Of a stretch of DNA of 64,000 nt, positions 43,150 through 53,429 are shown piece after piece. Source of the DNA: an uncultured delta proteobacterium. GTDB lineage: Bacteria; Myxococcota_A; Polyangia; Palsa-1104. Every line of letters begins with the position of its first letter. Positions within the stretch are counted from its first letter, which is position 1. The stretch is from assembly GCA_963785725.1 (NCBI GenBank), contig CAWAWS010000039.1, positions 128,001 through 192,000 of the forward strand, written 5' to 3'. The position numbers and the translations under genes are program-made. Below the pieces are notes generated by a model. The model was given only the letters and a program-made list of their open reading frames with translations. It ran no database searches and was not told the DNA's origin.

Positions 43150-44026
43150 CGAGGAATCGCTTGGTGATCGGGCCGTAGGCGTCGATGCGGCGATCGCGCA
43201 AGAAGGGCCAGTTGCGCCGCGTCTCCTCGACGCGCCCGCGATCGCAGTCGACGATCAGCGTCTCCTCGTCGCTGCGACCGGCCTCTTTCAAGACGACGCC
43301 GAACGGATCGCACACGAACGAGCCGCCGAAGAACTCGATGCCGCCGTCGCTCGGCCCTTCGTGGCCGACGCGATTGACGGCGGCGACGAACACGCCGTTG
43401 GCGATGGCGTGCGAGCGCTGGATCGTCCGCCAGGCGTCGGCCTGCGCCGCGCCATATTGCGCCTTCTCCTTCGGATGCCAGCCGATCGCCGTCGGGTAGA
43501 AGAGGATCTCGGCGCCTTGCAACGCCGTCAGCCGCGCGCCTTCGGGATACCATTGATCCCAGCACACCAGCGTGCCGATGCGGCCGAACTTCGTGTCGTG
43601 CGCGCGAAACCCGAGATCGCCCGGCGTGAAGTAGAACTTCTCGTAGTAGAGCGGATCGTCGGGGATGTGCATCTTGCGATAGAGCCCGCGGATGCTGCCG
43701 TCGGCGTCGAGGACCGCCGCCGTGTTGTGATACAGCCCCGCCGCGCGCCGCTCGAAGAGCGAGGCCACGATGACGACGCCGTGCGCCTTGGCGACTTTCG
43801 TCAGCACTTCCGTCGACGGACCGGGGATCGACTCGGCCAGATCGAACTTGGCGTGATCTTCGGTCTGACAGAAATATTGCGCGCGAAACAGCTCCTGCAG
43901 GCAGACGACTTGGGCGCCCAGCTTGGCCGCCTCTTCGACTTTCGCCGCCGCTTTATCGAGGTTCTCGCGCGGATCGAGGCCGCAGCGCATTTGCACGAGC
44001 CCGACCGTGAACGTGTTCGGTTGCAT
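43142..44026 (-). CDS. aguB: Carbon-nitrogen hydrolase (N-carbamoylputrescine amidase-like)
   Basis: LQELF, YRKMHIPDDPLYYEKFYF, VCWDQWYPE, YPTAIG; adjacent to aguA. Confidence 0.9.
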   Translation of the reverse strand: MQPNTFTVGLVQMRCGLDPRENLDKAAAKVEEAAKLGAQVVCLQELFRAQYFCQTEDHAKFDLAESIPGPSTEVLTKVAKAHGVVIVASLFERRAAGLYHNTAAVLDADGSIRGLYRKMHIPDDPLYYEKFYFTPGDLGFRAHDTKFGRIGTLVCWDQWYPEGARLTALQGAEILFYPTAIGWHPKEKAQYGAAQADAWRTIQRSHAIANGVFVAAVNRVGHEGPSDGGIEFFGGSFVCDPFGVVLKEAGRSDEETLIVDCDRGRVEETRRNWPFLRDRRIDAYGPITKRFLDE

Positions 44027-44059
44027 CGCCGCGTAATCTGCAATCGGCGGCACGCGAAG

Positions 44060-45557
44060 TCAACGTCGGGAAATCGGCGGCGGCGGCGGCGACCACTGTG
44101 CCATCGAGGCGTCGACGATTCGTTGCAGAGGCGACCAGCACAAGAACAGCGCCAGCGTCGGCAGCGCCAAAATCGCCAGGAGGCCGCCGTGGACGCGCGC
44201 GATCGGCAGCGCCGTCTCGTTTTTCGGCGCCTCGAAGTACATCGTCTTCAGGACGCGCGCGTAAAAGTAGAGCGACAGCGCGGAGTTGAGGATGCCGACG
44301 AGCGCCAACGTCAGCATGAAGCTGCCGCCGCGCGCGAGCAACGCATAGAACAAGTAGAACTTGCCGAAGAAGCCGGCCAGCGGCGGCAAGCCGGTCAGCG
44401 AGAACAGGAAGACGGCCATGGCGGCGGCGGTGCGCGGCGCGCGGCGACCGAGGCCGGCAAAGCCAGCGATCGTCGGCGCCACGCCGACATTCTCGACGGC
44501 GATGATGACGACGAAGGCGCCCAAGCCCATGAACAAATAGGTGACGAGATAGAGCAGGATGGCGCGCGTGCCGTCGAGGCCGCCGGCGACGAGGCCGAGC
44601 AGCAAGTAGCCGGCGTGCGCGATCGAGGAGTAGGCGAGCAGTCGCTTGAGGTTCGTCTGCTGCAGCGCCGCCAGGTTGCCGAGCGTCATCGTCGCCGCCG
44701 CGATGAGGCCGAGCAGGAGCGGCCACGGCGCCGCCGCGTGGCCGATCTCGACGGGAATGGCGCCGCCGAAGAAGCGCAAGAGGAGCGCGAATCCGGCGGC
44801 TTTCGGGCCGACCGACAAGAACGCGCTGACCGGCGTGGGCGCGCCTTCATAGACGTCGGGGCACCACATGTGGAACGGCACGGCGGCGACTTTGTAGCCG
44901 AAGCCGGCCAAGCAGAAGACGACGGCGAGCAGCACCGTGGCCGTCGCGGGCGTGGCGACGCAGGCGAGGCGAACGGCGGTGAAGCTGGTCGAGCCGGCGA
45001 GGCCGTACAAGAGCGACATGCCGTAGAGCATCACGCCCGAGGCGACGCCGCCGTAGATGACGTATTTGAGCGCGGCCTCGGCCGATTGGCGCGAGCGGCG
45101 ACGGAAGCCGGCGAGCACGTAGCTCATGATCGAGACCATCTCGAGCGCCAGGAACGCCGTCAGCAGGTTGGTCGCCGAGGCCATCAAGATCATGCCCAAC
45201 GTCGTCGTCAGGATGAGCGCGTGCAGCTCGGCGGCGCCGTTCGCCGTCCGGCCCAATGGCATCGTTCGCGCGCCACGTGGCCACGGCGATGAGCGCGTTC
45301 GCCAGCAGGAAATAGAGCGTGAAGAAGTCGGCCAGCGGATCGCGCGCCATCAGGCCGAAGAAGAGGCCGCGGCCGGCCGGATCGGCGGTCGCGATCGTCG
45401 CCCAAGCGGCGGCGGCGAGCGCGACGAGCGTCAACGCCGTCGCCCGCGCGTTCGACCGCTTGCCGGCGATCAGATCGACCGCGAGGATGACGAAGACGGC
45501 GATCGACACGATCGTCGCCGGCAGAAACGGCACGAGGCTGTGCGCGTTGTCGAGCAA
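44060..45557 (-). CDS. nuoN: NADH-quinone oxidoreductase subunit N, frameshift near 45255
   Basis: EAALKY, GYKVAAVPFHMWCPDVYEGAPTP, KRLLAYSSIAHAGY, SLTGLPP; the N-terminal part is in the 44847-45557 frame. Confidence 0.92.
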
Positions 45558-47549
45558 CTAGGGCAGCCCTGCCAGCGCGCCGGCGCCGCTTCCGCCGCTC
45601 ACGTGGCGCAACAGATCGCCGAGCCCGGTCTCGATGAGCGACAAGATCGGCAGCGGGTAAAAGCCGAGCACGAGCACGATCGCCGCCAGCGGCAGCAGCG
45701 TCACGGCTTCGCGGAAGGTCACGTCGTTGAAGATGCGGCGATCGGTCCACGCCGAATTCCACGGACCCAGCTGCACGCGCTGCAGCGCCCACAGATGATA
45801 GGCCGCCGTGATGACCACCCCGAGCGCGGCCACGAGCACGATGGCGCGATGCACCGGGAAGGCGCCCAAGAAGACGAGCAGCTCGCCGATGAAGCCCGAC
45901 AGCCCGGGCAGACCGAGCGACGCCATGAACGCGAAGCCGAACAGCGCCGCGTACTTCGGCATTTGCGTCGCCATGCCGCCGAAGCGATCGATGTCGCGGG
46001 TGTGCGCGCGATCGTAGAGCACGCCGACGAGCAAGAAGAGCATGGCGGTGATCGTGCCGTGGTTGAACAGCTGCAGCATGGCGCCGTCGAAGCCGCTCCT
46101 CGTGAACGCCGCGATGCCGACGAGGCAGTAGCCCATGTGGCTCACCGACGAGTAGGCGACGAGCTTCTTCAAGTCGCGCTGGGCGAAGGCGCACAACGCG
46201 CCGTACAAAATATTGATGGCGCCGAAGACGGCCATCGTCGTCGCGGCCCACTGCGTGGCGACGGGCAGCATGGCGAAGTTGACGCGCAAGATGCCGTAGA
46301 TGCCCATCTTCAGGAGCACGCCGGCGAGGATGACGCTGATGGCCGTCGGCGCCTCGACGTGCGCGTCGGGCAGCCACGTGTGAAACGGGAACATCGGCAC
46401 TTTGATGGCGAAGCCGATGAAGAACGCGACCCACACGACGTGCGTGAAATCGAGGCCGAAGAGCGTCAGGCCCTTGGCGTTCCAGTCGTTGGCGTAGGCC
46501 AGCTTGACCATGTCGAACGTGTGCGCTGCCGGCGAGCCGTCGATGAGCGTCGTCGGCGCGGCGTTGTAATAGAGCGCGATGATGGCCAGCAGCATCAACA
46601 CCGAGCCGGCCAGCGTGTAGAGGAAGAACTTGATGGCGGCGTACTCTTTGCGCGGACCACCCCAGATGCCGATGAGGAAGTACATCGGCAAGAGCATCAG
46701 CTCCCAAAAGACGTAGAAGAGGAAGAAGTCGAGCGCGCAGAACGTGCCGAGCATGCCGGTCTCGAGCAGCAAAAAGAGCGCGAAATAGCCGCGCACGTCG
46801 CGCTCGATGTTGAAGCTGGCGATGACGGCGATCGTCGAAACCAGCGCCGTCAACAGCACCATCGTGATCGACAGGCCGTCGACGCCGACGAAGTATTCGA
46901 CGTGGAAGCTCGGGATCCACACGGCGTGCTGGATGAACTGCAGGCCGCCGTTGCCGTGCACCTGCGCGAAGGTGCGATCGAAGCGCGCGCACAAGAAGAT
47001 CGAGGCGGCGAGCGGCACCAGCGTCGTCGCCAAGGCCAAGCCGCGCATGAGGTTGTGGCGACCGGCGGGCGCGAGCAGGATCAAGACGGCGCCCGCGAGC
47101 GGGAAGAAGATCAAGAGCGTGAGCAGCCACGACGAGCCGTAGCGCAAGGCGACGCCGGTGACGCGCAGCGACGTGTCATGCAGATCGACGGGCTGAGTCG
47201 CGTCGTCGCTGAAGATCTGCACGGCGCCGAACGCTTGCGTGCGCTTGCCGTCGGGGATGAAGCGCACTTGCAGCGGCAAGGCTTCGCCCGGCTGCAGCGT
47301 CTTGTGGCCCGGATCGTCGACGGCAAAGCCGTAGGAGTCGTCGGTCTTGGCCACGCGATGCAGCTGCAGCGGCGCGAGGCCGCGGTTTTGCAGCGTCAAC
47401 GTCTGCGCGCCAGCACCGGTGAACGTCAGCGACGACGGCGTGACCACCAGCGTCGCCGGCCCGTGCAGCGAAGACGACGAAGCGCCGTCGGCGTGCGCGA
47501 CGGCTCCGCACGCGGCGACGACGCAGGCAATTACGAACGCGTACTTCAT
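45558..47549 (-). CDS. nuoM: NuoM with N-terminal signal peptide and Ig-like domain
   Basis: GVDGLS, FYVFWE, AIKVPMFPFHTWLPDAHVEAP, LKKLVAYSSVSHMG, LGLPGLSGFIGE; about 135 extra N-terminal residues. Confidence 0.92.
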   Translation of the reverse strand: MKYAFVIACVVAACGAVAHADGASSSSLHGPATLVVTPSSLTFTGAGAQTLTLQNRGLAPLQLHRVAKTDDSYGFAVDDPGHKTLQPGEALPLQVRFIPDGKRTQAFGAVQIFSDDATQPVDLHDTSLRVTGVALRYGSSWLLTLLIFFPLAGAVLILLAPAGRHNLMRGLALATTLVPLAASIFLCARFDRTFAQVHGNGGLQFIQHAVWIPSFHVEYFVGVDGLSITMVLLTALVSTIAVIASFNIERDVRGYFALFLLLETGMLGTFCALDFFLFYVFWELMLLPMYFLIGIWGGPRKEYAAIKFFLYTLAGSVLMLLAIIALYYNAAPTTLIDGSPAAHTFDMVKLAYANDWNAKGLTLFGLDFTHVVWVAFFIGFAIKVPMFPFHTWLPDAHVEAPTAISVILAGVLLKMGIYGILRVNFAMLPVATQWAATTMAVFGAINILYGALCAFAQRDLKKLVAYSSVSHMGYCLVGIAAFTRSGFDGAMLQLFNHGTITAMLFLLVGVLYDRAHTRDIDRFGGMATQMPKYAALFGFAFMASLGLPGLSGFIGELLVFLGAFPVHRAIVLVAALGVVITAAYHLWALQRVQLGPWNSAWTDRRIFNDVTFREAVTLLPLAAIVLVLGFYPLPILSLIETGLGDLLRHVSGGSGAGALAGLP

Positions 47550-47559
47550 GGCAGCTCCG

Positions 47560-49914
47560 TCATAGCCAGCTCGTGAGGACGATCAAAAGGACGATGCCGA
47601 CGGCGACGCCGAGCACGTAGTTGTTGATGCGGCCGGTTTGCATGCGACGCAGCGCGCGGCCGGAGCCGAGCAGCAAGTTGGCGACGCCGTCGACGGCGCC
47701 GTCGACGAGGTAGCGATCGATGAGGCCCGACAGCGCCGCGGCCGTGCGCGCGACGGCGGCGATGGCGGCGACGAGGCCGTCGACGACGTTCACGTCGAGC
47801 CAGGCAGCGGCGTGCGCGAGGCGGCCGAAGCTGCGCACGACGGTGCGGTCGTAGAGCTCGTCGACGCGGAAGCAATCGTAGGCCAGCGCGTGCACGGCGG
47901 CGAAGCGCGCGCGCAAGCGCACCAGCGGCTGGCTGGTCGCGCCGAGGTCACGATAGAGCGCCCGCGCGCCCAGCCAGCCGCCGAACGCCGCCGCCAGCGA
48001 CGCCAGCATCAACCCGGCCTCGGCGGGCGTGCTCGTCGACGGTTTCGGCAGCCACGCTTGCGTCAGCTGGGTCACCGGCATGAGCCACTCGGCCAGCCAC
48101 GGCTCGTGATGCGTTAGCAGCAGCGGCAGCGCCAGCGCCGGCCCGACGATGAACGTGAGCGCGCCCAAGATCGCCAGCGGCACCGTCATCGAGCGCGGCG
48201 ACTCCACGATGTGCGCCCGCTGCTCGTCGGTCGGCGCGTGGGCGGCGAACGCCAAATAGTAGGCGCGGAAGCTGTAAAACGCGGTGCAGAGCGCGGTCGC
48301 GAGGCCGAACGCCCACAAGACGCCGCTGCGGCCGAATTCGGAGGTCAGGATCTCGTCCTTCGAGTAAAAGCCGGCCCCGAGCGGCAAGCCGGCGATGGCC
48401 CAGCACGCCGCGAAGTAGGTCCAGCGCGTCGTCGGCATGAGCGCGCCCAACCCGCCCATGTTGCGCAGATCTTGCGGGTCGGTGGCGTCGGCCGCCAGCC
48501 GCGGGTCGAGCGGCTTGGGCGCGTGGTCGTCGTCGCCGTGCGCCTGGTCGTGCAGCTCGCGCTCGGAGTCGTGGGCGTGGCTGCGCGCGTGCGTCAGGCG
48601 GTGCATGCCGTGGATGACGCTGCCGGCGCCGAGAAACAGGCAGGCCTTGAAGACGGCGTGGGTGACGAGGTGGAAGATGGCGGTCCAAAAGGCGCCCACA
48701 CCGACGGCCACGAACATGAAGCCGAGCTGCGAAATCGTCGAGTAGGCGAGGACTTTTTTGATGTCGTATTGGAACAGCGCGATGACGGCGGCGAAGAGCG
48801 CAGTGGCGGCGCCGACGATCGCGATCGTCGTCATGACTGCCGGCGCCAGCACGATGAGGAAGCCGAGGCGCGACATGAGGTAGACACCGGCCGTCACCAT
48901 CGTCGCCGCGTGAATGAGCGCCGACACCGGCGTCGGGCCCGCCATCGCGTCGGGCAGCCAGACGTAAAGCGGCAGCTGCGCCGACTTTCCGGTCGCCGCC
49001 AGCAAGAGGAAGAGCGCGATGAGCGTCACCACCGGGATCGACCACAGCGTCTTTTGCTGCAGCGCCAGCGCCAGCGGCCGCGCGCCGCTTTCATCGGTCA
49101 CCGCCAGCTGCGCCTGCAGCTCGCGGAATACGACCGTGGGCGCGACGGTGACGAGCGCGTGCGACGTGGCGCTGGCGGCGGCGGCGTCCGGCTCCGCGGT
49201 GACGGCGACGGCCAGCTGCGCCGTGCGACCGGCCGGATCTTCCGGATAATAACGGTGATCGATGGCCGACCAGCTGCCGCCGAGGCTCCAGAACAAGAGC
49301 AGCAACGCGGCGATGAAGCCCCAGTCGCCGACGCGGTTGACGACGAAGGCTTTGAGGCCGGCGCTGGCGTTCTTGCGCTCGCGATACCAGAAGCCGATGA
49401 GCAAGTAGCTGCACAGGCCGACGCCTTCCCAGCCGAAGAACAGCGTCACGAAGCTGTCGCCGAGAACGAGCAGCAGCATGGCGAATATAAACAAGTTGAG
49501 ATAGGCGAAGAAGCGCCACTGCGCCGGATCGTCGTGCATGTAGCCGGCCGAGTAGACGTGGATGAGCGTGCCGACGAGCGTGATGACGAGCAGCAGAGTC
49601 GCGCTCAGCGGATCGAGGGCGAGCGCGAAGTCGACGCGCAGGTTGCCGACGGCGAGCATCGGGAAGACGCGATCGTGCAGGTAGCGCGCGGCGGCCGGCA
49701 GCGCGGCCAGCTGTCCGACGGCGACCAGCGCGAGCGCGGCGGCGGCGAGCATGACGCCGATGGCGATGGCGTGAACGACGCGCGCGCCGAAGCGCCGCTG
49801 CAACGTCGCGCCGCACAGGCCGTTGATCGCCGCGCCGACGAGCGGCAAGAGCGGGATCAGGAACAGCCAGCCGACTGTCGTGAGGCGCGGAATGGCGGCG
49901 GTGACGGGCGGCAT
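47560..49914 (-). CDS. nuoL: NuoL with insertions
   Basis: WEGVGLCSYLLIGF, NRVGD, GKSAQLPL..WLPDAMAGPTPVSALIHAATMV, HAVFKACLFL. Confidence 0.95.
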   Translation of the reverse strand: MPPVTAAIPRLTTVGWLFLIPLLPLVGAAINGLCGATLQRRFGARVVHAIAIGVMLAAAALALVAVGQLAALPAAARYLHDRVFPMLAVGNLRVDFALALDPLSATLLLVITLVGTLIHVYSAGYMHDDPAQWRFFAYLNLFIFAMLLLVLGDSFVTLFFGWEGVGLCSYLLIGFWYRERKNASAGLKAFVVNRVGDWGFIAALLLLFWSLGGSWSAIDHRYYPEDPAGRTAQLAVAVTAEPDAAAASATSHALVTVAPTVVFRELQAQLAVTDESGARPLALALQQKTLWSIPVVTLIALFLLLAATGKSAQLPLYVWLPDAMAGPTPVSALIHAATMVTAGVYLMSRLGFLIVLAPAVMTTIAIVGAATALFAAVIALFQYDIKKVLAYSTISQLGFMFVAVGVGAFWTAIFHLVTHAVFKACLFLGAGSVIHGMHRLTHARSHAHDSERELHDQAHGDDDHAPKPLDPRLAADATDPQDLRNMGGLGALMPTTRWTYFAACWAIAGLPLGAGFYSKDEILTSEFGRSGVLWAFGLATALCTAFYSFRAYYLAFAAHAPTDEQRAHIVESPRSMTVPLAILGALTFIVGPALALPLLLTHHEPWLAEWLMPVTQLTQAWLPKPSTSTPAEAGLMLASLAAAFGGWLGARALYRDLGATSQPLVRLRARFAAVHALAYDCFRVDELYDRTVVRSFGRLAHAAAWLDVNVVDGLVAAIAAVARTAAALSGLIDRYLVDGAVDGVANLLLGSGRALRRMQTGRINNYVLGVAVGIVLLIVLTSWL

Positions 49915-50243
49915 CAGTCTTTGAGCGTCGACACGTCGTTGGCGTCGATGGAGTGAAAGTGGCGGAAGATCGCGAGCACGATGGCGAGCGCGATGGCGGC
50001 TTCGGCGGCGGCGAGCACGATGATGAAGAGCGCGAACACCAGGCCGCCGACGTTGCCTTCGACGAAGTGCGCGAAGGCGACGAAGTTGAGCGCGGCGGCG
50101 TTCAAGATGAGCTCGACGCCCATGAGAATGGCGACGGCGTTGCGGCGCGAGGCGACCGTGACGAGCCCGAGGCCGAACAAGATCGCCGACACGACGAGGA
50201 AGTGCGGCAGGCCGACGGCGCCGACGGTGGTCGCGGCGTTCAC
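49914..50243 (-). CDS. nuoK: NADH-quinone oxidoreductase subunit K
   Basis: RRNAVAILMGVELILNA, AAAEAAIALA. Confidence 0.93.
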   Translation of the reverse strand: MNAATTVGAVGLPHFLVVSAILFGLGLVTVASRRNAVAILMGVELILNAAALNFVAFAHFVEGNVGGLVFALFIIVLAAAEAAIALAIVLAIFRHFHSIDANDVSTLKD

Positions 50244-50755
50244 GAGCGCTTCTCCTTCGCGGCGCGGCGCGCGATGACCATGGCGCCGACGAGCGCCATC
50301 AGCAGCACCAGCGACACGACCTCGAACGGCATGAGCAGCTCGCGCAGAAAGGCGTCGCCGAGGCGCGCGGTCATGGGCGCGGGCACGGCCTCGGTGGTCG
50401 GCCACGGCGTCGACAGGCCGATGCGCACGAGCAGCACGACGAGCCCGGCGATCGTCGGCAGCGCAAACGCGAGACCGGTCGAGCGATTGGAGATCTTGAT
50501 GTCGCCGATGCGATTGGTGAGCAGCACCGCGAACAGGATGAGGACGAGGATGCCGCCGACGTAAATGAGCAGCTGCGCGACGCCCAAGAAGTCGGCCGCC
50601 AAGTAGAGGTAGAGCCCGGCGATGCCGACGAGCGTGCCGAGCAGCGCGAAGCCGGAGTAGAGGATGTTGCGCGAAAAGGCCACGCCCGCCGCCGAGCCGA
50701 GCGTCAGCGCGGCGAGCAGGTAAAAGAAGAACGCGCCCGGCACCCACGCGCTCAT
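50240..50755 (-). CDS. nuoJ: NADH-quinone oxidoreductase subunit J
   Basis: QLLIYVGGILVLILF, PFEVVSLVLL. Confidence 0.93.
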   Translation of the reverse strand: MSAWVPGAFFFYLLAALTLGSAAGVAFSRNILYSGFALLGTLVGIAGLYLYLAADFLGVAQLLIYVGGILVLILFAVLLTNRIGDIKISNRSTGLAFALPTIAGLVVLLVRIGLSTPWPTTEAVPAPMTARLGDAFLRELLMPFEVVSLVLLMALVGAMVIARRAAKEKRS

Positions 50756-50811
50756 GGCCGCACCGAAAGCGGCACTGAGCTGCCCGCCGAGCCGCGGACG
50801 CTGCGGGTCAT
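50752..50811 (-). repeat. MIRU-like intercistronic element with 19-aa mini-ORF, copy 2
   Basis: MTRSVRGSAGSSVPLSVRP*; ATGA overlaps with the nuoI stop and the nuoJ start; 43/51 nt identical to 28676-28726. Confidence 0.75.
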
Positions 50812-51798
50812 GTCGGCTCCTTTGTGGTCGCTGCTGCCGGCTTCGCGGCTTCGGCTTTGAGCGTGGCGGTCGACGCCTGCGCGGCGGCGTCGGCGGGCGT
50901 GGCGCCGCGACGGAGCTGCACGATCAAGTGCGCGTCGCGCGTGGCTTTGGCGCCGCCGGGCGCGCACTTGGCGAGCGCGCGATCTTTGCCGGCGGCGATG
51001 GCGTCGGCGTACGCGCGGCAGCTCGCCCAGCCGCACTGCTCGCAGTCGGTCTTGGCCAGCGCCTCTTTGACGAGCAGCTGCGCGATGGCCGCGTCGTCGT
51101 CGCGCGCCGCCGCCACCAGCGGCTGCAGCGCCTCCGCGCGCGCCAACGCCACATCGGCGCGCGTCAGCTCGGCGACGCTGCCGCCCGCGCGCTGCGCCAG
51201 CGACCAGCGGAACGCCACCGGATTCGCCGACTGCGCCGTGCGCCGCACTTGCCGCGCGATGAGCCCGCGCTTGGGCGTCGGCGGAACTTGCCCTTTGTGC
51301 GGCTTGTAGGGCACGACCGGATCGCCGCGCGCACGAAGCGGAAGGTCAGCGACGGAAAATCGCTGGTCGCGCCTTCGAACTCGCGCGTCATGCGGATGGC
51401 TTTGGTGACCTCGTCGATCGCCGGGCGCCGTCGCTTCGATGGGGCAGCTCTCGACGCAAATGCCGCAGTACATGCACTTGCCCATGTCGATGTCGAAGCG
51501 GGTCATGGCGCGCTGATCGCCGACCTTCTCGATGTCGATGGCGATGACGTTGATGGGGCAGTCGCGCTCGCACGCTTTGCAGGCGGTGCAGATGTCCATG
51601 TCGACTTCGAGGAAGCCGCGATAGCGCTCGGGCAAGCTGTCGACGACGGGCACGTCGGTGCGATCGGGATATTGCACGGTCGTCGGGCGGCGGAAATATT
51701 GCGCCATCGTGATGGCGAGCCCCTCGGCGGTCGTGCGCGCGGCGGCGACGACGTTGCCGAAGTAGCCGCGCTTGAGCGCCTTGCCCGACTCGCTCCAT
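50808..51798 (-). CDS. nuoI: NuoI (2x[4Fe-4S]) with C-terminal RnfB-type Fe-S domain; internal compensating indels
   Basis: TVQYP, RYRG, CTACKACERDCP, CMYCGICVESCP; C-terminal TDCEQCGWASCRAYADAIA...KCAPGG. Confidence 0.88.
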
Positions 51799-53429
51799 TG
51801 GTTGCCTTTACCGAGCGCGTCGTTGAGCACGAGGTCCGAGTAGCGACGCGCGTTCGAACGGACGCGCCCGATGAACCAGCCGCCGAAGCCGAGGCCGAAG
51901 AGCGCGAACATCAAGAGCGACAGCAGCTGCTGCAACAACGGCGACGCCAGCCAAATCCACACCAGCTCGCCCAAAAAGCAGACGAACGAGAAGGGAATGA
52001 AGTATTTCCAGCACAAATTCATCATCTGATCGACGCGGAAGCGCGGCAGCGTCCAGCGAATCCAGATGATGACGAAGACGATGGCCACGTCTTTGCCGAG
52101 GAACGTCAGGAAGCCGACGAGATCGAGCGCGCGATGGTGCTCGATGAACGCGGTCGTCAGAAACGGCACGCGCCAGCCGCCCAAAAAGAGGAGCGTGCCG
52201 ACCGCGCCGATGACGGCGAGGTTGACCCATTCGACGAGCGGAAACAGCGAGAAGCGAAAGCCGGAATATTCGGTGTTGTAGCCGCTGACGAGCTCCGACT
52301 CGGCTTCGGGCAGGTCGAACGGCGTGCGATTGCCCTCCGCCAGCGCCGAGATGAACCAAATGAAGAAGGCGACGAAGGTGAACGGGTCGCGAAAGAGGTA
52401 CCATTGCCAGGGCCAGCCGCCCTGTTGCTCGATGATCTTCTGCGTCGACAAGGAGCCGGTCAGCGCGGCGATGGTCAAGAGCGCCACCGACGCCGGCAGC
52501 TCGTAGCTGATGATCTGCGCGGCCGAGCGCATGCCGCCGAGCAGCGACCACTTCGAGTTCGACGACCAGCCGCCCATGATGATCGACACGACCACGAGCG
52601 GCGTCACCGCGAGCAAGAACAAGAGGCCGATGTCGAGATCGGACACGACCAGAAAGCGAGAGAACGGCAGCACGATGAACGTCAAGAACATGCCGATGAA
52701 CGCGAGATAGGGCGCGGCGCGAAACAGCCGCGGATCGGCCTCGCGCGGGACGATGTCCTCTTTCATCAGCAGCTTGAGGCCGTCGGCGAGCCACTGCAGC
52801 CAGCCGCCCGGGCCGACGCGATTGGGGCCGAGGCGCGAGCCCATGTAGCCGGAGATCTTGCGCTCCCACACGACGACGAGGCCGGCGATGACCGGCAGCG
52901 GGCCGGCGACGATGGCGGCGGCGGCGGCGAGCGCGACGAGCCACCACAGCCACGCCGGTCCCGGCAGCCGCGCCGACCAGCCGTTGGCGAGGTGCTGCAG
53001 GCTCGGCGGAAACAGATCGACGTCGAAGGGCGTGCGCGCGTCGGACGTCCAGCGCTGCGGCGCGCCGCCGAACGACTGCTGCACGGTGACCGTCGTCGGG
53101 CCGCGCGTGTGTTGGCGGGCGACGGCCGATTCGACGCTGTCGTCGGCGTCGGCGACGACGCGATCGGGCGCGACGGCGCGCGCCGGCAGCTCGAGCGGGC
53201 GGCCGATGGCGTCGCGCAGGTCATCGAGCACGACGCGCGTCGCGGCGCCGACGACGAAGACGGGCGCGTCGGCTTCGACGAGCATGCGTTCGCCGCGCTG
53301 CAGCTTGGTCGGGCGCGCGTCGCGGATGGCGCCTTCGCGCGCGACGGCGGCCGCGGTCGCGGCTGGCGACCGATCGTTCGCGCAACCGGCCGCGACGACG
53401 ACGAGCGCGACTGCCGCGAGCCGCGTCAT
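51795..53429 (-). CDS. nuoH: NuoH with N-terminal lipoprotein-like extension
   Basis: ERKISG..SRLGPNRVG, ADGLKLLMKE, RSAAQIISYE, AEGNRTPFDLPEAESELV, RWTLPRFR; preceded by about 150 aa that begin with VVVAAGC. Confidence 0.9.

Noticed and set aside
51780..51815. Apparent NuoH-NuoI fusion in the 1191-aa ORF
   Set aside because: Removing one G from CAATGGAGC gives CAATGAGC, a clean ATGA stop/start overlap after AAAGG. Given the indel rate, an artefact is more likely.
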